A stretch of 59,892 nucleotides of DNA from a virus (lineage: Duplodnaviria > Heunggongvirae > Uroviricota > Caudoviricetes), in IMG/VR virus record IMGVR_UViG_3300030032_000362. The stretch is one strand, 5' to 3'. The notes under the pieces were generated by a model that did no database searches, had not been told where the DNA came from, and saw nothing but the letters and a program-made list of their open reading frames with translations. Below, piece by piece: positions 10,101 through 19,257 of the stretch. Position numbers and translations under genes: made by a program. How positions within the stretch are numbered: the stretch's first letter is position 1; every line of letters begins with the position of its first letter.

Positions 10101-11067
10101 TATGATGATTTTGTAATTCAATATAAAAATTACCGGCACCAAATACTTTTTGATAAAATAAAGCACGTTCTTTGGCTAATTCATATAAATCATCACTGTT
10201 TTGCTTCATATTTTCCAATTCTTTAATCTTAGCAATAGAATCAGAAATTTTATCAAATTTCTTCATCTGGTCTTTGTATTCATTGTTAGCCTTTGTTCGT
10301 TGCAATTTTTTTGTTTTCTTTTCTGCTTTTACTTCTTTTAAACGAGCAGCCGCCTTCTCTGTTTCTTGCATCTCCTTTTGCAAGGCGTCCCACAAAGACT
10401 GGAAATCCGGGTCCTTTTCCATTTTTTTAATACCCCTTAATTTATTTCCGTACTTCTTTTCTGCAATTGGTTCCAACTGTGTAATTTCAGCCTCCAACAA
10501 CTGAATTTGTTCGTCCAATAATTTAACCGTTTCATTAGATGGTGTACTCAGTTCAATTTTTCCATATTTCTTCTGTAAATTATTTTTTATTTTCTTGATT
10601 TTCACCTCTGCGTGCTCGTTGATTTGTAAAACATTTGCTAAGACGCCCGAAATACAAGCAGAAGATGCTATTACATGGTCATGTCCTGCCCCGACACAAA
10701 AGTATGTTTTTAATATTTTTTCATCCATCACAGGAATCTTTCGTTCCATAAGTTCGAAAGACTTCGTTACCGCTTTGCTGATTGCATGATATCCTATATC
10801 ATCTTTTGCGTATAAACATAAATGACATCTTCCTTCCGGGGCAGTCGGAAATAATCTTACATATGCTTCAACTCCTGGTACGTATTCTATCTGATAATTG
10901 TCAAAAATTTGTTTTGCAGCATCAACAGATGTTAGTGTCCCATGCTCTGTGATGGAAACTTTTGTACAATTTAATTCTTTTAATCTTTTTGCTAAATCTT
11001 CCATTTTTACAACAGAGTCATATTGACTATCTTCTGTATGAACATGTAATTCAACCAATTTCATCAT
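7105..11067 (-). CDS. dnaE: DNA polymerase III alpha subunit
   Basis: PHP domain LHVHT, GPGRGSAVGSLV, FERFLNPERISMPDIDVDF, HAGGVVI, KMDFLGL, YAFNKSHA, C-terminal OB fold. Confidence 0.97.
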   Translation of the reverse strand: MMKLVELHVHTEDSQYDSVVKMEDLAKRLKELNCTKVSITEHGTLTSVDAAKQIFDNYQIEYVPGVEAYVRLFPTAPEGRCHLCLYAKDDIGYHAISKAVTKSFELMERKIPVMDEKILKTYFCVGAGHDHVIASSACISGVLANVLQINEHAEVKIKKIKNNLQKKYGKIELSTPSNETVKLLDEQIQLLEAEITQLEPIAEKKYGNKLRGIKKMEKDPDFQSLWDALQKEMQETEKAAARLKEVKAEKKTKKLQRTKANNEYKDQMKKFDKISDSIAKIKELENMKQNSDDLYELAKERALFYQKVFGAGNFYIELQNHHMEEEKRVFPILLKLAKELDIPVVATNDAHMVNGSEESRRARQLIRSMRYIESKKSGQMWQEEGVADKELYVKSEEELKEVLLEIMSESDADIAIANRSHLLDNCHVELKFEEHYPKYPSEYSEESSEECLIRKANEGIAKYFPNGFDEEHQKRMETELSTMCSMGFADYHLIVQDYLNYARLLGKFDFRQLPDGFFEHIYDIPWLQKKSKGLLGIGVGPGRGSAVGSLVCYLLGITSVDPLKYGLLFERFLNPERISMPDIDVDFAIHLKPYVYNYVAHKYGADHVCHIMTKNTMQIKKSIDNCSKLLGDRLYGKTTYFDAPAKRLKAMIYDDKFPKESEVKQAFPNDKNVLRIYQDAKLVVGTFVSYGMHAGGVVISDTKAVKEHVPLMLDPSGEWKTQCDMIQVEEKHGLLKMDFLGLRNLNIISNTLWMILKTKGKKIDINTIPFEREVFESIYGEGNTNGVFQVESPGMKDMLRKAKPTCIEDIIILISMYRPGPMDYLPELLKVMSGMKRPEYLIPELKPILGNTYGAIVYQEQVMQIFQQLAGYSLGGADLVRRAMSKKKMDKLQKEEPAFLYGDESRGIIGCEKNGIPVEKAKILFDQMLEFAKYAFNKSHATAYAIVSYQTAWLKYHYPEEFLCVSMGYVDKKEARKSFLTDCQSLNIEVCLPNINNSKAEFSIKDGKILFGLSYVANVGTKASKIVEERKNNGKYTSFENFVSRTCISGNVLCNLIMTGAFDSFGVSRKILKEKAQTCDFIEAVKKIKDKKKILASEDLTERRRKNAENAIQSAICLLKIPKSFEQDDLLNNLIAEKEYLGIMLSGHPMDDYGTPNELCVTSLANIIPTNDAAIAGVITDLRILEGRKMAFFTLDSKEGTLPVCVFKRAFQSCRNLLAENQPVRITGKITTKEDNFNGENKLILEMITEKMEPLERKKRDIIVYGEPGKEHEIFNKLQKYLKNTGGSPLIYFNPTKGFIKTGMFVQNSILESDLNVEQR

Positions 11068-11163
11068 CCTTTCTACTATTCTTACTATTAATATGTCTGT
11101 TTTGCCTAAAAACGAGTTTCATATTATAAGAAAAAAAGAACCGGAATTTTCCGGCTCTTAATT

Positions 11164-11526
11164 TTAATATTCTCCCTCTCGAATTAATCGTTGGATTTCC
11201 TGTTCTAATTCAGCATAAGAGAAAAAAGTATTATGACAAACTCCATTTCCATCATTATAAGATACTTCATGTCCTTTTGCGCTTACATTCACATGATGAA
11301 TTGTGCAAGGCTTATTGGACGGACCGCCATATCCTGATACGCCATATTCATTTTTAAGAAATTGGATTCGTTCAGAACGAAGTAAAAGTGTTGAGAATGC
11401 ATGGCGAATCCTGTCTTTGCTTCCAGCCATTAAACTTCCTCTTTTGGCATATTCTGTTAATGCGAAAAAAGGAACAACCGGTTTGCTGTTGGTGTTTAAA
11501 TAATCCAATAAAGTCATCTGATTCAT
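11164..11526 (-). CDS. Hypothetical protein
   Basis: GGAGG RBS; FLKNEYG..G motif seen in mobile-element proteins. Confidence 0.7.
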   Translation of the reverse strand: MNQMTLLDYLNTNSKPVVPFFALTEYAKRGSLMAGSKDRIRHAFSTLLLRSERIQFLKNEYGVSGYGGPSNKPCTIHHVNVSAKGHEVSYNDGNGVCHNTFFSYAELEQEIQRLIREGEY

Positions 11527-11610
11527 TTTAAGTCCTCCTTACATAATTTACCTCCTATAAAAAAAGAGCCTAGTATAACTAGACCCTTTTTAATTATGAC
11601 ATCATTCAAC

Positions 11611-12417
11611 TTAACGCATAAAATCTGGTAAGTCATTTGCGAATGGCAAGCCATCTTCAATGCCATCCGGAATGTTCATGAAGTCGTCCTGCGCCTCAGG
11701 CGCTGCTTCCGATGAGGCTTCATTCTCTTTTTTAGTATTTGGAACAAACTGGAAATATGAATTTCCTTTGAATGTTACACCATATCCGGTCTCTCCGTTT
11801 TTCCGAGTAAACGTGGAAATATTTCCATCCTGAGAGCCAGTTACAGCAATAATACGAGGATATTTTCCATCTTTCTCAATAAGCAACTTAGCAGTATTAT
11901 CTGCTGCTTTTTTCTTATCCGTATTCCAAAAAGCAACTTCCGCATTGATGGTATCAAATTTACCATCTGCGACTTTCCCGTTTACAAGCATGTTAACGTT
12001 TGTTACGCCGCGGTCATCATTCTTGCGAACATTTACAACGGCGCCCATAAGTATATTCGTGTCATACTTATCATCTCCTGATTTCGGGATGTTAATAATT
12101 CCGGAGCCCTTTACAATTCGGTTTCCGGAGAGATTGCCTTTCTGGTCGCGGAATGCCGAAACCATAATATACTGGCCTTTCTGCAGTTTTGCCTTTTCAA
12201 GCATTGACATTGCATCAAAGCTTTCGCTTTTCCAAAATGGAATAAAAATATTTCCATATTGGATTTCGCCATCATAATACTTAACATTCAAACAAAGACT
12301 TTTCAGTTTTCCCGCCGCTCCATCTTTGCCGTCATACACTCCGACAACTTTGCCGGAATACACCTCAATATTACCTCTTTTTACAATTGGTTTTACATTT
12401 ACATTTGTTTCTGCCAT
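11611..12417 (-). CDS. SSB-like OB-fold protein with acidic SSB tail
   Basis: C-terminal DDFMNIPDGIEDGLPF resembles the clostridial SSB tip; two beta-rich halves (IPFW / VAFW). Confidence 0.6.
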   Translation of the reverse strand: MAETNVNVKPIVKRGNIEVYSGKVVGVYDGKDGAAGKLKSLCLNVKYYDGEIQYGNIFIPFWKSESFDAMSMLEKAKLQKGQYIMVSAFRDQKGNLSGNRIVKGSGIINIPKSGDDKYDTNILMGAVVNVRKNDDRGVTNVNMLVNGKVADGKFDTINAEVAFWNTDKKKAADNTAKLLIEKDGKYPRIIAVTGSQDGNISTFTRKNGETGYGVTFKGNSYFQFVPNTKKENEASSEAAPEAQDDFMNIPDGIEDGLPFANDLPDFMR

Positions 12418-12501
12418 AATTATATTCCTCCTTATTTGTTATTTTTTAATGACATTATTAATATGTCTACTATCCCTATGCTGCAAAAAACAACATAAGA
12501 A

Positions 12502-13770
12502 TTAAGCAGTCAAATAAATATCTTTTTCTTCTTTTTCTTTATTTCCTGAAACCATACTTTTAGCAAATGGAACATTACCGCACAGCCTCTCTAACATAGT
12601 AATGTCTGATTTTGATAAGCCTCCAATACGTTCCGGCAATCCAAGATAACACATTGCAATATCAAAAGCCGAAATTGCAGTATTATAATCGAAACTGTCA
12701 GCAATCAATTCGCGGATGCGGATTTCTGTTCTTTTTGTAAGCATTTTAGTAAATTTAATTTCTTTGTGCATTTTTTTCAAAAATGCAATCATGCTTTCGC
12801 GTCCGGTATCAAATCCACAAGCTGGAATGATTTCGTAATTCATTAATTCCAATAATTTTTCCGGCAATTTCGAGTAGGCCGGAAACAATTTCTGCGAAAT
12901 CTTTGGAAGCAAAGTTTCACGGTTTGCATTTTCTCCACGATGAGGGCAAGAAAATAAGTCACATACAGAATAGGACTTGCCGTGTTTCCATAATGCTTCA
13001 AACAAGAAACTGGCCTTGCCTGTATCGCTAGTTGAGATGCGAATACAAGGAACCATATCCTTTAATCCATAAGTTTCTGCTACCTCTTTTGCAGCACCCG
13101 GATATTCTACCATGATTGACGTGAAATCATGTGTGATTTCATATCTTTTTACCTTTCCAGGAGCATTAAAAAGCTTTTCGCAATCGGAAGAGCATAAATT
13201 CTCGCAGATTTCAAGCAACAATTCCTGCGAAATGTATTCATATTTGTCTGTATGAACAGCAAATACTTTATACATCTTTTTCTTGTCATGCGCCAAACTC
13301 CTTACGCACAACTTCCAAATACTGGCATTTCTCATCATCATCTGCGCGATAAAAAAATCTCTTTCCGGCACAGTAAGACGAAGTGCATCAGCCCCTATAT
13401 CCAATCTTTGTGCAAGCGTCAAAAAGGCGAGTGACGAAACAAAATATGTTCTTCCATAAAAGCACAGCAACATGCGAGAGGTGCTCAATGCTTCTTTTAT
13501 TACATCATCTGATTTTTCTCCGAAAATAAGAGAATTTTTCGAAGTCCCAATATTCATGCGCTGCTTGGTAGCGCCAGCGATTACTGATAGCACCCCAGTC
13601 TCTTTATCATAATTTTCGATAAAGTAAATCCCATCATGGGGATGCTCAATTGCTGAATTTGTAGACACCGGAATACACTCTGTGGCTCCGGAAATTAATT
13701 CAATTGCTTCTTTCATCCTCTTCATTCCTACCCCTGTCATAGACATTTTGTCCAATAATAAATTCTTCAT
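12502..13770 (-). CDS. Hypothetical protein, possibly DUF932-like
   Basis: Long ORF with RBS; VFAVHTDKY and ISTSDTGKAS weakly resemble DUF932 motifs. Confidence 0.55.
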   Translation of the reverse strand: MKNLLLDKMSMTGVGMKRMKEAIELISGATECIPVSTNSAIEHPHDGIYFIENYDKETGVLSVIAGATKQRMNIGTSKNSLIFGEKSDDVIKEALSTSRMLLCFYGRTYFVSSLAFLTLAQRLDIGADALRLTVPERDFFIAQMMMRNASIWKLCVRSLAHDKKKMYKVFAVHTDKYEYISQELLLEICENLCSSDCEKLFNAPGKVKRYEITHDFTSIMVEYPGAAKEVAETYGLKDMVPCIRISTSDTGKASFLFEALWKHGKSYSVCDLFSCPHRGENANRETLLPKISQKLFPAYSKLPEKLLELMNYEIIPACGFDTGRESMIAFLKKMHKEIKFTKMLTKRTEIRIRELIADSFDYNTAISAFDIAMCYLGLPERIGGLSKSDITMLERLCGNVPFAKSMVSGNKEKEEKDIYLTA

Positions 13771-13783
13771 ATTTTTTGTCCTC

Positions 13784-14017
13784 CTATAATAAATTAATAA
13801 TGGTTTTAAAATGGAATGTGTTTTTCAAAAACATCATTCGATTTTCGATTTCTGTCCTGAAAATAGAAATATCATTCAATTCCAGTCCCTCTTTAAACAA
13901 TTTCTGATAAGATTGATATTCAAAAAGGGAAATTTCTCCTTCCTTATATAAGGCGTCAATATTCGCCAATATACAAATGGCATTTTTTCTAGCCTTACAT
14001 GATGTTGAATTTGTCAT
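13784..14017 (-). CDS. Hypothetical protein
   Basis: AAGGAGG RBS, motif upstream at 14052. Confidence 0.7.
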   Translation of the reverse strand: MTNSTSCKARKNAICILANIDALYKEGEISLFEYQSYQKLFKEGLELNDISIFRTEIENRMMFLKNTFHFKTIINLL

Positions 14018-14121
14018 AATATCGACCTCCTTCTTGTTTTATTGATACTTATAATATGTCTGTTTTCATTAGTGCAAAGAAAAAAGGCCTCTTATAACAA
14101 GAGACCCTTTCTTATAACAAA

Positions 14122-14997
14122 TTACAAAAACAAAAATGTCTCTTCCTCATCTGAGTCTGTATCACGAAAAGAAATGTTAATATTGCAATCGCAATAATCA
14201 AAATTCTCTCCGCCGGCGGCTCTTTTTACATAAAAATTCAAATTAGAATTATTATGTAAGCGGATAATAGCGCTTGTTCGCGCTTTTTTTACCTCAGTTG
14301 GCGAAACACCAAGTAACTCAGCCGTTTTGGCTAACGAGCATTCTTGCAACTCACACAATGATATTACTTTGCTTTCCAATTCAGTAAGAGAATTAATTGC
14401 ATCTCGAACCAAATCTATTTTTTCTTTTTCCAGAAAAATATCTTCTGGGTTTAACTGAGGGGCCGCTAGTGTGTCAGCGACAGTATGCTGCTTCTCGTCA
14501 ATCTCCGTGTCTAAATGCAAGATATTACTTGCTCTTCTTGTTACTTTTAAGTTGTTATATACAACTTCTTCTGTGATTCGTGGACGATTAATCCAACGAA
14601 CAATATTGGATACTGTTGGCTCGATATCCCTTTCTTCGAGTTCGGTAACAGCAGTATTAATTTGTTTCCCGATTGAAGTATCGTTTTTGGATAAACCTAA
14701 CTCTCCGGCAACTGCACTATACATCGCTCCATATAAATGGCGTTTCATATAGGTCATAGGAACAACTTTTTGTTCGCGTGGATTATATTTCTCCAACTGT
14801 TCAACAAGAGCTAAGGACCCAATTGCAAAAAGGTCATCATGCTCTAAGCCTTTAAAAGTATGGGCTATACTGTGGATGTATTTTTCTAACAGACCAAAAA
14901 TTTCATTACAAACTTCCTGTTTGTGGCCTGAATGATAATCGTCCATCCGTTTAATCCAGTAATTCAGCTCTTCTGGAGTAGCGACAACATCTTTCAT
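14122..14997 (-). CDS. Sigma-70 family factor (FliA/SigB/SigF-like, regions 2-3-4)
   Basis: Region 2 DDLFAIGSLALVEQLEKYNP..TY; region 3 EPTVSNI..LHLD; region 4 HTH SLAKTAELLGVS. Confidence 0.8.
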   Translation of the reverse strand: MKDVVATPEELNYWIKRMDDYHSGHKQEVCNEIFGLLEKYIHSIAHTFKGLEHDDLFAIGSLALVEQLEKYNPREQKVVPMTYMKRHLYGAMYSAVAGELGLSKNDTSIGKQINTAVTELEERDIEPTVSNIVRWINRPRITEEVVYNNLKVTRRASNILHLDTEIDEKQHTVADTLAAPQLNPEDIFLEKEKIDLVRDAINSLTELESKVISLCELQECSLAKTAELLGVSPTEVKKARTSAIIRLHNNSNLNFYVKRAAGGENFDYCDCNINISFRDTDSDEEETFLFL

Positions 14998-15143
14998 AAT
15001 TTCCTCCTTTTAAGTGTTTCGACAAAATAATTGTCAGTTTTTTGTAACAATTCAATGTAATCGAGCGCTTCTTTTACGCTTTCGGCATCGGTAAGACGCA
15101 AAGACATTTTATTAAAGACATCAATGCTTTTAAGCCTTTGCAT
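14994..15143 (-). CDS. Small hypothetical protein
   Basis: Fills the gap between adjacent genes; stop overlaps the sigma start (ATGA); start uncertain. Confidence 0.4.
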   Translation of the reverse strand: MQRLKSIDVFNKMSLRLTDAESVKEALDYIELLQKTDNYFVETLKRRKL

Positions 15144-15171
15144 CTCCGGCTGCCATTTTGAAAAGATTGTC

Positions 15172-16146
15172 TCAGTCTGCTTTTTCGATAGCAATGTCAA
15201 ACACCTTGCCTTTCCAGACCGCATAAATTCTGTATTTCGTATTATTGATAAACACATACAAAATTTCTTTTTCTGCCATACTATGAATTTGACGATTGCT
15301 GTCATCTTCCTGCACAACAATACAGCCACATCGTCCACTTGGTGCATTGATTTTGGACAACGGCAAAATCGTTAATACAGATTCACCAATTGTTCTTTGG
15401 TATAATTGCTGATAAATTTCCGGCAATGCGTTTTCATCAAATTCATCTTTTGCATTTTCTGTAATCGTATAGTCCGCATTTGCTCTCCCTAATGGGAATA
15501 TGGAAACTTTAAATTTCCGATTTTGAAACTGGCCACGAATTGCGAATTCGATGCCGTCCGCAAAAACGGTAATGCTCTTTTTTCGCACCTCAGATACAAA
15601 TTGCGTCACCGTATTGTTGGTAGAGCATATGACGGCAATGTCTGCTGCAACCGCATTATCCATTATGGACAATGGAATTACCGTAAAAGACACATCTTTA
15701 ATGTCCGTTGGGTCTTTCTTGTTAACCAATTTTAATTCTCGTTTAGCTAACATAATTACCTGTTCAGAACATTGTGGTTCTACTATTGGCAGAATTACAT
15801 CTGGTACATCTTTTTCCAAAACAACTTCCGGCAATTCTTCTGTTTGCGGTAATTTTTTTTCTTCCCTTGGTTTTACCGTAACTTTGGTCGTTTCCATTAC
15901 GTCGTTTGAAATGGTACGCTTTGACAAAATCTTTTTAATTAAAGATGCTGCATACTCCGTAACTTCATAAGACGTTCCATCATCAAAGATGTATTTTCCA
16001 TCTTCCGGCGCTAATCCCAACTCGGCTAAGCCTTGAAGGCTGTCATTATAAATTTTTGTTAGTGGAGTTGGTGGCTTTACAGACTTTTCAGAATGGCATC
16101 TTTTTAAATTGTTTTTGAAGTATGCTACTTTCTGCAAATATATCAA
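15172..16146 (-). CDS. Hypothetical protein
   Basis: TTG start after AAGGAGG, downstream of the motif at 16180. Confidence 0.75.
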   Translation of the reverse strand: MIYLQKVAYFKNNLKRCHSEKSVKPPTPLTKIYNDSLQGLAELGLAPEDGKYIFDDGTSYEVTEYAASLIKKILSKRTISNDVMETTKVTVKPREEKKLPQTEELPEVVLEKDVPDVILPIVEPQCSEQVIMLAKRELKLVNKKDPTDIKDVSFTVIPLSIMDNAVAADIAVICSTNNTVTQFVSEVRKKSITVFADGIEFAIRGQFQNRKFKVSIFPLGRANADYTITENAKDEFDENALPEIYQQLYQRTIGESVLTILPLSKINAPSGRCGCIVVQEDDSNRQIHSMAEKEILYVFINNTKYRIYAVWKGKVFDIAIEKAD

Positions 16147-16396
16147 TTTGCTTCCTCCTTTCTTTTTTATATTTAATTTTAATATGTCTGTTTTGGGACA
16201 CACATAAAAAAACTCCCTATAATTAATATGTCTGTTTTGAATTGAAATGAAAATCATATTATGAGCGTTTTTTCTTTTTTAATATCATATCATAATTTCT
16301 TTAGAATTTATAGATAACCTTTCATTTTACCATATATTACCATCTAAAGCAAACAAAGAAAAAAGAGGAAACATACAGTTTCCTCTCGAATTTGTA

Positions 16397-18538
16397 CTAT
16401 TTTGCAAATCCTTCCTTATATTGCAAAGAATAATATGTTTTTCCATTATAACTAAAGGAATCAAATTGACCAGTAGGTGTCAATGACATATTATATTCTT
16501 TCCCAGCTTTTGACTTTAATCCTTTTATAATAACGCTTTTGCCATCCAAAAGCTTAGTAATTTGGCTTTGTGTCATTTTCTTTCCGCGATATTGTTTAAT
16601 GGTTAACCCGCACTGCCCTTTGCAATATGGACCAAATTTTCCGACAACGAAATCCGAACCACATTTAGGACAGACGCCAAGTTTTTTTTCGCCCGATGAA
16701 TTTTGCCCCACCGGGGCTTTTATCATGGAAACATTTTTTAATCGGTCGGTCTCCTGACAAATGAAATTCCAAATCTCATCTTCAAACGCTTCTGGGGAAA
16801 GCGTCCCTTTTCGAATATAATCCAACTGTTCTTCCCAATGCAGAGTGGTTTCAGCATCGCAAAGAATGCTGCCGGTCATATTTTTTGCGCTTCTCTTACC
16901 TTTTTCTGTGGTAATGAGATAATTTACTTTTCCTTTCCCTTTTTTTATTTCTAAATAGCCAAGTTGAATTAATGTATCAATTGTTGCGCCTCTTGTTGAT
17001 GGCCGTCCAATCTGAACTTTAAGTGTTTTTCCTAAAGTCTTAGCAGTTGCATCTTGAAATAATTTAATAGGCGAAGTTAATACAGCAATCAAAGTACCAT
17101 CTGTATATAAAACTGGTGGAGTCGCAACTTTTTCAACGGTTTCCATTTTAGTAATCGTTAAAATATCACCTTTATTTACGGTAGGTAATTCAATTGTGTT
17201 AAATTTCATTGTCAATAGCTCTGTAAAGCCGGGGTCTACTAAAACTTTGCCATTAGCCACAAAATCATATCCATTGTTATTTGATATAATTTTTGTTTTT
17301 CTTTGTACCATCGGCTTTAAGAAAATTGCAACATATTGGGCGAAAACCATATACAAAATTTGTTTTTCTGGCTCCGATAAATTTGCTATGCTAGCTTTTT
17401 GTGTTGTTGGCGTTAAGGCAAGATGTCCTTCGTCTGCTACGGCGGCATTATCGACATACTGTTTGTTCTTTTTTACAGATTCAATATCTTCTTTTGTAAT
17501 TTGACTAACAAATTTTTTCAAATCCTCAAAGACACATGCTGATTGTAATAAAATTTCAAAATCAGCTTCATCATTTAAAAACTTACAAGAAGTTCGAGGA
17601 TATGATAATATTCTTTTTTCGTATAGCATTTGGCAGATACCTAGTACATCATTGGACGAATAGCCATATTTTTTGTTGGCTGCGACCTGCAAGGAGGATA
17701 ACTCAAACAGGCTTGGGGCACTCTTTTTTACGGTCTTTGTTTCTACCGATGTTACGGTAGCAGTATTTTGTAATAATTTTATAATATCTTTTGCTTCCTG
17801 CTCAGTTTCAAAAACAGTTGTATGTTCGCTAATAAAGTCCATAGAGTTGTATTGGCAGTGAGCGGCAATTCCATAATGACTTTGTGGTTTCCAGTTTTTA
17901 ACCTTTTCTTCCTGAGCCGCTACTAAATCAATGATAAATGTTTTTAGTCGTCCAATATTTACCGTCTCATCCGTTTTGAGGGATACAACAGGGGATAGGT
18001 TCATACCAACTAAGTAATCACAATGGCTTCTTGCGAGACCGGCTTGATAAATTCTTTCATAAAATGGGTCATTATCTGATTTCATGTTTTTTAAAGCGTT
18101 GACAAACTCGTTTTCCGTAGAAGCATTAACCCATATTCTCATAACCGGTAATGAATTACCAATCTCATTTAGAGTTTCGCGAACTAAGAGCTCTCCTTCC
18201 TGGTCGGGGTCGCCGGCGTGTATAATAAAATCATATTTGCCGGACTTAATGGCCTTTTTTATATCATAAAAAATCTGAGTAGCCGTCTTGAATTTAGGAT
18301 TGTGGTTCTTTTTCTCTGCAACTTTATATTCCCATGTTTCCGGACGCCATGGATATTTAGACATTTCCCATCCTTTCATATCTTCGTCAATTTCGCTGGG
18401 TAATTTTAACCCTAAAAGATGCCCGCTTTGAGCGATACCATCCAATTCAAAAGCAAATTCGCTTTTGTGATGGTTATATGCATCCATAATTTGCTTTAAC
18501 AATGATGATTTTTCAGCAATAACTAGTCCTTTTTTCAT
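16397..18538 (-). CDS. topB: Type IA DNA topoisomerase (topoisomerase III-like)
   Basis: IAEK TOPRIM, AGDPDQEGE, SYPRT catalytic Tyr, GRPSTR, C-terminal zinc ribbon. Confidence 0.92.
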   Translation of the reverse strand: MKKGLVIAEKSSLLKQIMDAYNHHKSEFAFELDGIAQSGHLLGLKLPSEIDEDMKGWEMSKYPWRPETWEYKVAEKKNHNPKFKTATQIFYDIKKAIKSGKYDFIIHAGDPDQEGELLVRETLNEIGNSLPVMRIWVNASTENEFVNALKNMKSDNDPFYERIYQAGLARSHCDYLVGMNLSPVVSLKTDETVNIGRLKTFIIDLVAAQEEKVKNWKPQSHYGIAAHCQYNSMDFISEHTTVFETEQEAKDIIKLLQNTATVTSVETKTVKKSAPSLFELSSLQVAANKKYGYSSNDVLGICQMLYEKRILSYPRTSCKFLNDEADFEILLQSACVFEDLKKFVSQITKEDIESVKKNKQYVDNAAVADEGHLALTPTTQKASIANLSEPEKQILYMVFAQYVAIFLKPMVQRKTKIISNNNGYDFVANGKVLVDPGFTELLTMKFNTIELPTVNKGDILTITKMETVEKVATPPVLYTDGTLIAVLTSPIKLFQDATAKTLGKTLKVQIGRPSTRGATIDTLIQLGYLEIKKGKGKVNYLITTEKGKRSAKNMTGSILCDAETTLHWEEQLDYIRKGTLSPEAFEDEIWNFICQETDRLKNVSMIKAPVGQNSSGEKKLGVCPKCGSDFVVGKFGPYCKGQCGLTIKQYRGKKMTQSQITKLLDGKSVIIKGLKSKAGKEYNMSLTPTGQFDSFSYNGKTYYSLQYKEGFAK

Positions 18539-18642
18539 AAATTTTCCTCACTTTCTAAAAATATTACTACTTTTAATATGTCTGTTGCGAGAAAAATTTC
18601 TATTCCATATATAAGAAAAAGAGAGAAAATTAATTTCTCTCT

Positions 18643-19149
18643 TTAACCATTTAATATTATGAAACTTATTTCTTCCGTTCGAATCGGTCCAATCTTACGG
18701 CTGTCTAATGAATGATTCCGATTATCTCCCATTATAAACCATTCATCTGCTTTTAATTTGCAACTGTAATTTGGTGTCTTCATTGGCTCATTCAAATATG
18801 GCTCATCAATCTTTTTGCCATTTACATAAACTGCATTGTTCTTGATATCTACTGTATCGCCGGGAGCTCCGATGATTCGCTTTATAATGCTTAGTTTTCC
18901 GTTGATAAGCTTATTAACCGGAGTTTCTTTTGTCGGATTTACTTTTGCGGTGATAATATCACCTTTTTTAGCAGTTCCTTTTAACGCACGACTCGCGGCT
19001 AACCATTGTCCATCCCGGAAAGTAGGTTCCATACTCTCTCCCGCAACCTGAAGTGGGCGAACAAAATATATCAAAGCAAATGCAAATACTATCGCCAAAA
19101 TAATTGGCAGGCTTCCTTTTCCAATCTGTTTCCAATTAAACTTTTTCAT
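18643..19149 (-). CDS. lepB: Signal peptidase I
   Basis: GESMEPT, IIKRIIGAPGD, FIMGDNRNHSLDSR. Confidence 0.92.
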   Translation of the reverse strand: MKKFNWKQIGKGSLPIILAIVFAFALIYFVRPLQVAGESMEPTFRDGQWLAASRALKGTAKKGDIITAKVNPTKETPVNKLINGKLSIIKRIIGAPGDTVDIKNNAVYVNGKKIDEPYLNEPMKTPNYSCKLKADEWFIMGDNRNHSLDSRKIGPIRTEEISFIILNG

Positions 19150-19257
19150 AACATCGTCTCCTTTACATATTATATAATAAACTGATATTGTAATCAACTT
19201 ATATATATAATATGTCTGTTTGAGAAGGAAACGAAAACCATATTATAACAAAAATCA

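Noticed and set aside
10190..10623. Intein in DnaE
   Set aside because: No N-terminal Cys/Ser block, terminal His-Asn or LAGLIDADG motif; looks coiled-coil.
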